A stretch of 64,000 nucleotides of DNA, from the NCBI GenBank assembly GCA_949499045.1, contig CATEEE010000039.1:3276-67275 (forward strand), read 5' to 3'. Shown here piece after piece: positions 61,441-64,000 of the stretch (the stretch's first letter is position 1; each line of letters begins with the position of its first letter). Below the pieces are notes generated by a model. The model worked only from the letters and a program-made list of their open reading frames with translations. It did no database searches and was not told the origin of the DNA. This DNA is from Marinobacterium sp. xm-d-530 (GTDB lineage: Bacteria > Pseudomonadota > Gammaproteobacteria > Pseudomonadales > Balneatricaceae). A program made the translations under genes and the position numbers.

Positions 61441-62544
61441 ATGGGACACAAAACTCCACTCTATGAGTTGCATGAATCAATGGGCGGTAAGCTTGTCGAT
61501 TTCGGCGGTTGGGATATGCCATTGCACTATGGTTCTCAGCTAGAAGAGCACAACATCGTGCGCCAAGGTGCAGGCATGTTCGATGTGTCGCATATGACTA
61601 TTGTTGATGTGTCAGGTCAGGAAGCGCGAAAGTACCTTCAATATCTTGTTGCCAATGATGTTGCACGTCTAGAGATCAAGGGTAAGGCGCTCTATACAGC
61701 CATGCTTAATGAACAGGGCGGTATCATTGATGATCTTATTATCTACCTAATGACCGACAAGGGTTCTTCAAACGAGTGGTATCGTTTGGTTGTTAACTGT
61801 GCGACGCGCGAAAAAGACTTAGCCTGGATGGCAGATCGTGCGATCGGTTTTGATGTGACGTTGAATGAGCAGCCTGAATTGGCCATGGTCGCGGTGCAGG
61901 GTCCTAAAGCGCGCGCAAGCGTTGCAGCGCTTCTTGGTGGATCACGTGAGCAAGCTATTAATGAATTGCCCGTCTTCCAAGGATTTGAATCGGAAGGTTG
62001 GTTCATTGCTCGCACCGGTTATACCGGCGAGGATGGTCTTGAGATTATGGTGCCCGATGATGAAGTGGCTCAGTTTTGGTCTGCATTAGCTGAAGCGGGT
62101 GTTGCTCCTTGTGGTTTAGGTGCTCGTGATACGCTTCGCCTTGAGGCTGGCATGAACCTATACGGCAGCGATATGACCGATGCCGTGACCCCTTTGGAGT
62201 CGGGTATTGCTTGGTCAGTAGCGTTTGAACCTGCTGATCGACAGTTTGTTGGCCGTGAAGTTCTTGACCAACAAAAAGCGAATGGCGGCTACAACAAATT
62301 AGTTGGCTTGGTGCTGGAAACAAGAGGTGTCTTAAGAGGGCATCAGCGTGTTATTGTTGACGGTGTCGGTGAGGGTGAAATTACCAGTGGTACCTTCTCC
62401 CCAACATTAGGATTCTCAGTCGCTCTGGCTCGAGTTCCTGCAGGTACTGGCGCTGCTGCGAAAGTAGAGATGCGTGGAAAAGAGATCGATGTTCGAGTCG
62501 TCCGTCCGCCTTTCGTTCGTAACGGTAAAAAAGTTTTTGAATAA
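61441..62544 (+). CDS. gcvT: Glycine cleavage system aminomethyltransferase T
   Basis: [44 protein letters not shown]. Confidence 0.98.
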   Translation: MGHKTPLYELHESMGGKLVDFGGWDMPLHYGSQLEEHNIVRQGAGMFDVSHMTIVDVSGQEARKYLQYLVANDVARLEIKGKALYTAMLNEQGGIIDDLIIYLMTDKGSSNEWYRLVVNCATREKDLAWMADRAIGFDVTLNEQPELAMVAVQGPKARASVAALLGGSREQAINELPVFQGFESEGWFIARTGYTGEDGLEIMVPDDEVAQFWSALAEAGVAPCGLGARDTLRLEAGMNLYGSDMTDAVTPLESGIAWSVAFEPADRQFVGREVLDQQKANGGYNKLVGLVLETRGVLRGHQRVIVDGVGEGEITSGTFSPTLGFSVALARVPAGTGAAAKVEMRGKEIDVRVVRPPFVRNGKKVFE

Positions 62545-62563
62545 TCAGATCAGGTGATAAAAG

Positions 62564-62953
62564 ATGAGTAACGTTCCTGGCGAATTAAAGTATGTAAGCA
62601 GCCACGAGTGGATCCGTGTTGAGGGTGATGGGACTGTAACGATCGGTGTTACAGATCACGCGCAAGAAGCACTTGGTGATGTGGTATTTGTTGAATTACC
62701 AGACATGGATGCAGAGGTGTCTGCTGGTGATGATGCAGGTGTGGTTGAGTCTGTTAAAGCGGCATCTGATATCTACGCACCGGTGAGTGGTGTCGTCGTT
62801 GCTATCAACGAAGACCTTGAAGATGCGCCAGAGATGGTTAATAGCGATCCTTACGGCGATGGCTGGTTCTTCAAGCTTCAATTAACTGATGAAAGTGAAT
62901 TGGATGATCTTTTAAGCGCTGACGAGTATTCAGCCGCTTGCGAAGAAGAGTAA
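62564..62953 (+). CDS. gcvH: Glycine cleavage system H protein
   Basis: [31 protein letters not shown] lipoyl-lysine motif. Confidence 0.98.
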   Translation: MSNVPGELKYVSSHEWIRVEGDGTVTIGVTDHAQEALGDVVFVELPDMDAEVSAGDDAGVVESVKAASDIYAPVSGVVVAINEDLEDAPEMVNSDPYGDGWFFKLQLTDESELDDLLSADEYSAACEEE

Positions 62954-62967
62954 TCTGATCCCATTGA

Positions 62968-63012
62968 AACCCCGGTTGGCTTGAAATTTTCAGTGCCAAC
63001 CGGGGTATTTTT
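62968..63012 (+). terminator. Terminator after gcvH
   Basis: ACCCCGGTTGGC...GCCAACCGGGGT followed by ATTTTT. Confidence 0.75.
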
Positions 63013-63030
63013 ATTTTTGGTAATCGCTAC

Positions 63031-64000
63031 ATGAATGCAAAATCTTTAGTTCTACAGCAGGGTGCAGATCGCCGTCTTCGTGGCGGGCACGTCTGGATCT
63101 ACAGTAATGAGGTGGACAATAAAGCCTCACCACTGAAAAACTTTGAGGTGGGGGAGCAGGTCCAGGTTGTAGATTCCCAAGGTCGTCCGAGAGGCAGTGC
63201 GATTATCAACCCTAATACCTTGATCTGTGGTCGCCTGTTTAGTCGTGACCCAGAACAAGAGCTCGATCGCTCGTTGATTGTGCATCGTCTCAATATTGCC
63301 CTGTCGTTGCGCGAGATGAGTTTTGATCAGCCCTGTTATCGCTTGGTGTATGGCGATTCGGATGGTCTGCCTGGCTTGGTTATTGATCGTTACTACGACA
63401 TCTTTGTAATCCAGATTTCGACGGCTGGGATGGAGAAGGTTCAGCATCATGTCATTGATGCTTTGAATAAGGTCTTTATGCCGTCCGCCATATTATTGCG
63501 TAATGACGGTAAGTTCCGTGAAACCGAAGGTCTTGAGGCCTACGTTGAGGTCGTTCAGGGCGAAGTCGGTGATCTGTCACCTCTGTCTGAAAATGGCGTT
63601 AATCTGGTTGCACCACTTTTAACCGGTCAAAAGACAGGTTGGTTCTATGATCACCGTGAGAACCGAGCGCGCATGCAGACGATGGTTAAGGGTAAAAAGG
63701 TCCTTGATCTGTTCAGTTATGTGGGCGGCTGGGGTGCGCAAGCACTAGCAGCTGGAGCATCGGAAGTGGCCTGTGTGGATGCGTCAGCCGGTGCACTTGA
63801 AGTGGCCGAAGAGAATGCGCGTTTACAAAATGCTCTGCCTAAATTCAGGGCCTTGCGGGGCGATGCCTTCGATATTTGTAAAACGCTGGTTGCCGATAAA
63901 GAACGCTTTGATGTAGTGATCGTCGATCCACCTGCCTTCATCATGCGCAAAAAAGATATTCGAAATGGAGAGCGTGCTTATGCACGCATCAATAACTTTG
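63031..64000 (+). CDS. rlmI: RlmI-like SAM-dependent rRNA methyltransferase, truncated by the window end
   Basis: Hand-translated MNAKSLVLQQGADRRLRGGHVWIYSNEV, then RLVYGDSDGLPGLVID, GQKTGWFYDHRENR, VLDLFSYVGGWG, DPPAF. Not in the ORF track. Confidence 0.88.
   Translation, partial: MNAKSLVLQQGADRRLRGGHVWIYSNEVDNKASPLKNFEVGEQVQVVDSQGRPRGSAIINPNTLICGRLFSRDPEQELDRSLIVHRLNIALSLREMSFDQPCYRLVYGDSDGLPGLVIDRYYDIFVIQISTAGMEKVQHHVIDALNKVFMPSAILLRNDGKFRETEGLEAYVEVVQGEVGDLSPLSENGVNLVAPLLTGQKTGWFYDHRENRARMQTMVKGKKVLDLFSYVGGWGAQALAAGASEVACVDASAGALEVAEENARLQNALPKFRALRGDAFDICKTLVADKERFDVVIVDPPAFIMRKKDIRNGERAYARINNF

Overview
This is a chromosomal window of a Gammaproteobacterium, probably marine. Gene content and order suggest an Oceanospirillales-like genome, which is an inference. 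About 50 kb is conserved housekeeping backbone: yheS-type ABC-F, FKBP PPIase, rsd/algQ, gshA, dctBD, ilvA/rpiA, ybbPA/tesA, sodB, nudE-yrfG-hslR-hslO-pckA, trxA-rho-ubiD-fre, folD, hemCDXY, argH, ygfA-6S RNA-zapA, ygfB-pepP-ubiH-ubiI-gcvTH and rlmI. A roughly 14-kb accessory region (about 21,570-35,640) sits between pckA and a Gate-domain membrane protein gene. It has three parts: (i) a decayed catabolic module, in which a P450-reductase fusion and an aldehyde dehydrogenase, both missing their 5' parts, are joined back-to-back and followed by an MFS gene with a nonsense codon; (ii) an intact LysR / D-glutamate-cyclase-like / TRAP / pxpABC 5-oxoproline module; (iii) an IS66 with an 8-bp target duplication and a doubly frameshifted transposase. 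The left edge, the internal module junction and the right edge each carry clusters of degenerate ~30-bp palindromic units. These include a 17/19-nt direct repeat bracketing the intact module, and no integrase is present in the window. A small mobA/mobR hydroxybenzoate module and three unannotated small ORFs were also found. One small ORF lies behind a perfect FNR box and one behind a sigmaE-like promoter. No CRISPR array, tRNA or rRNA was seen. All gene names come from motif recognition, not database searches.
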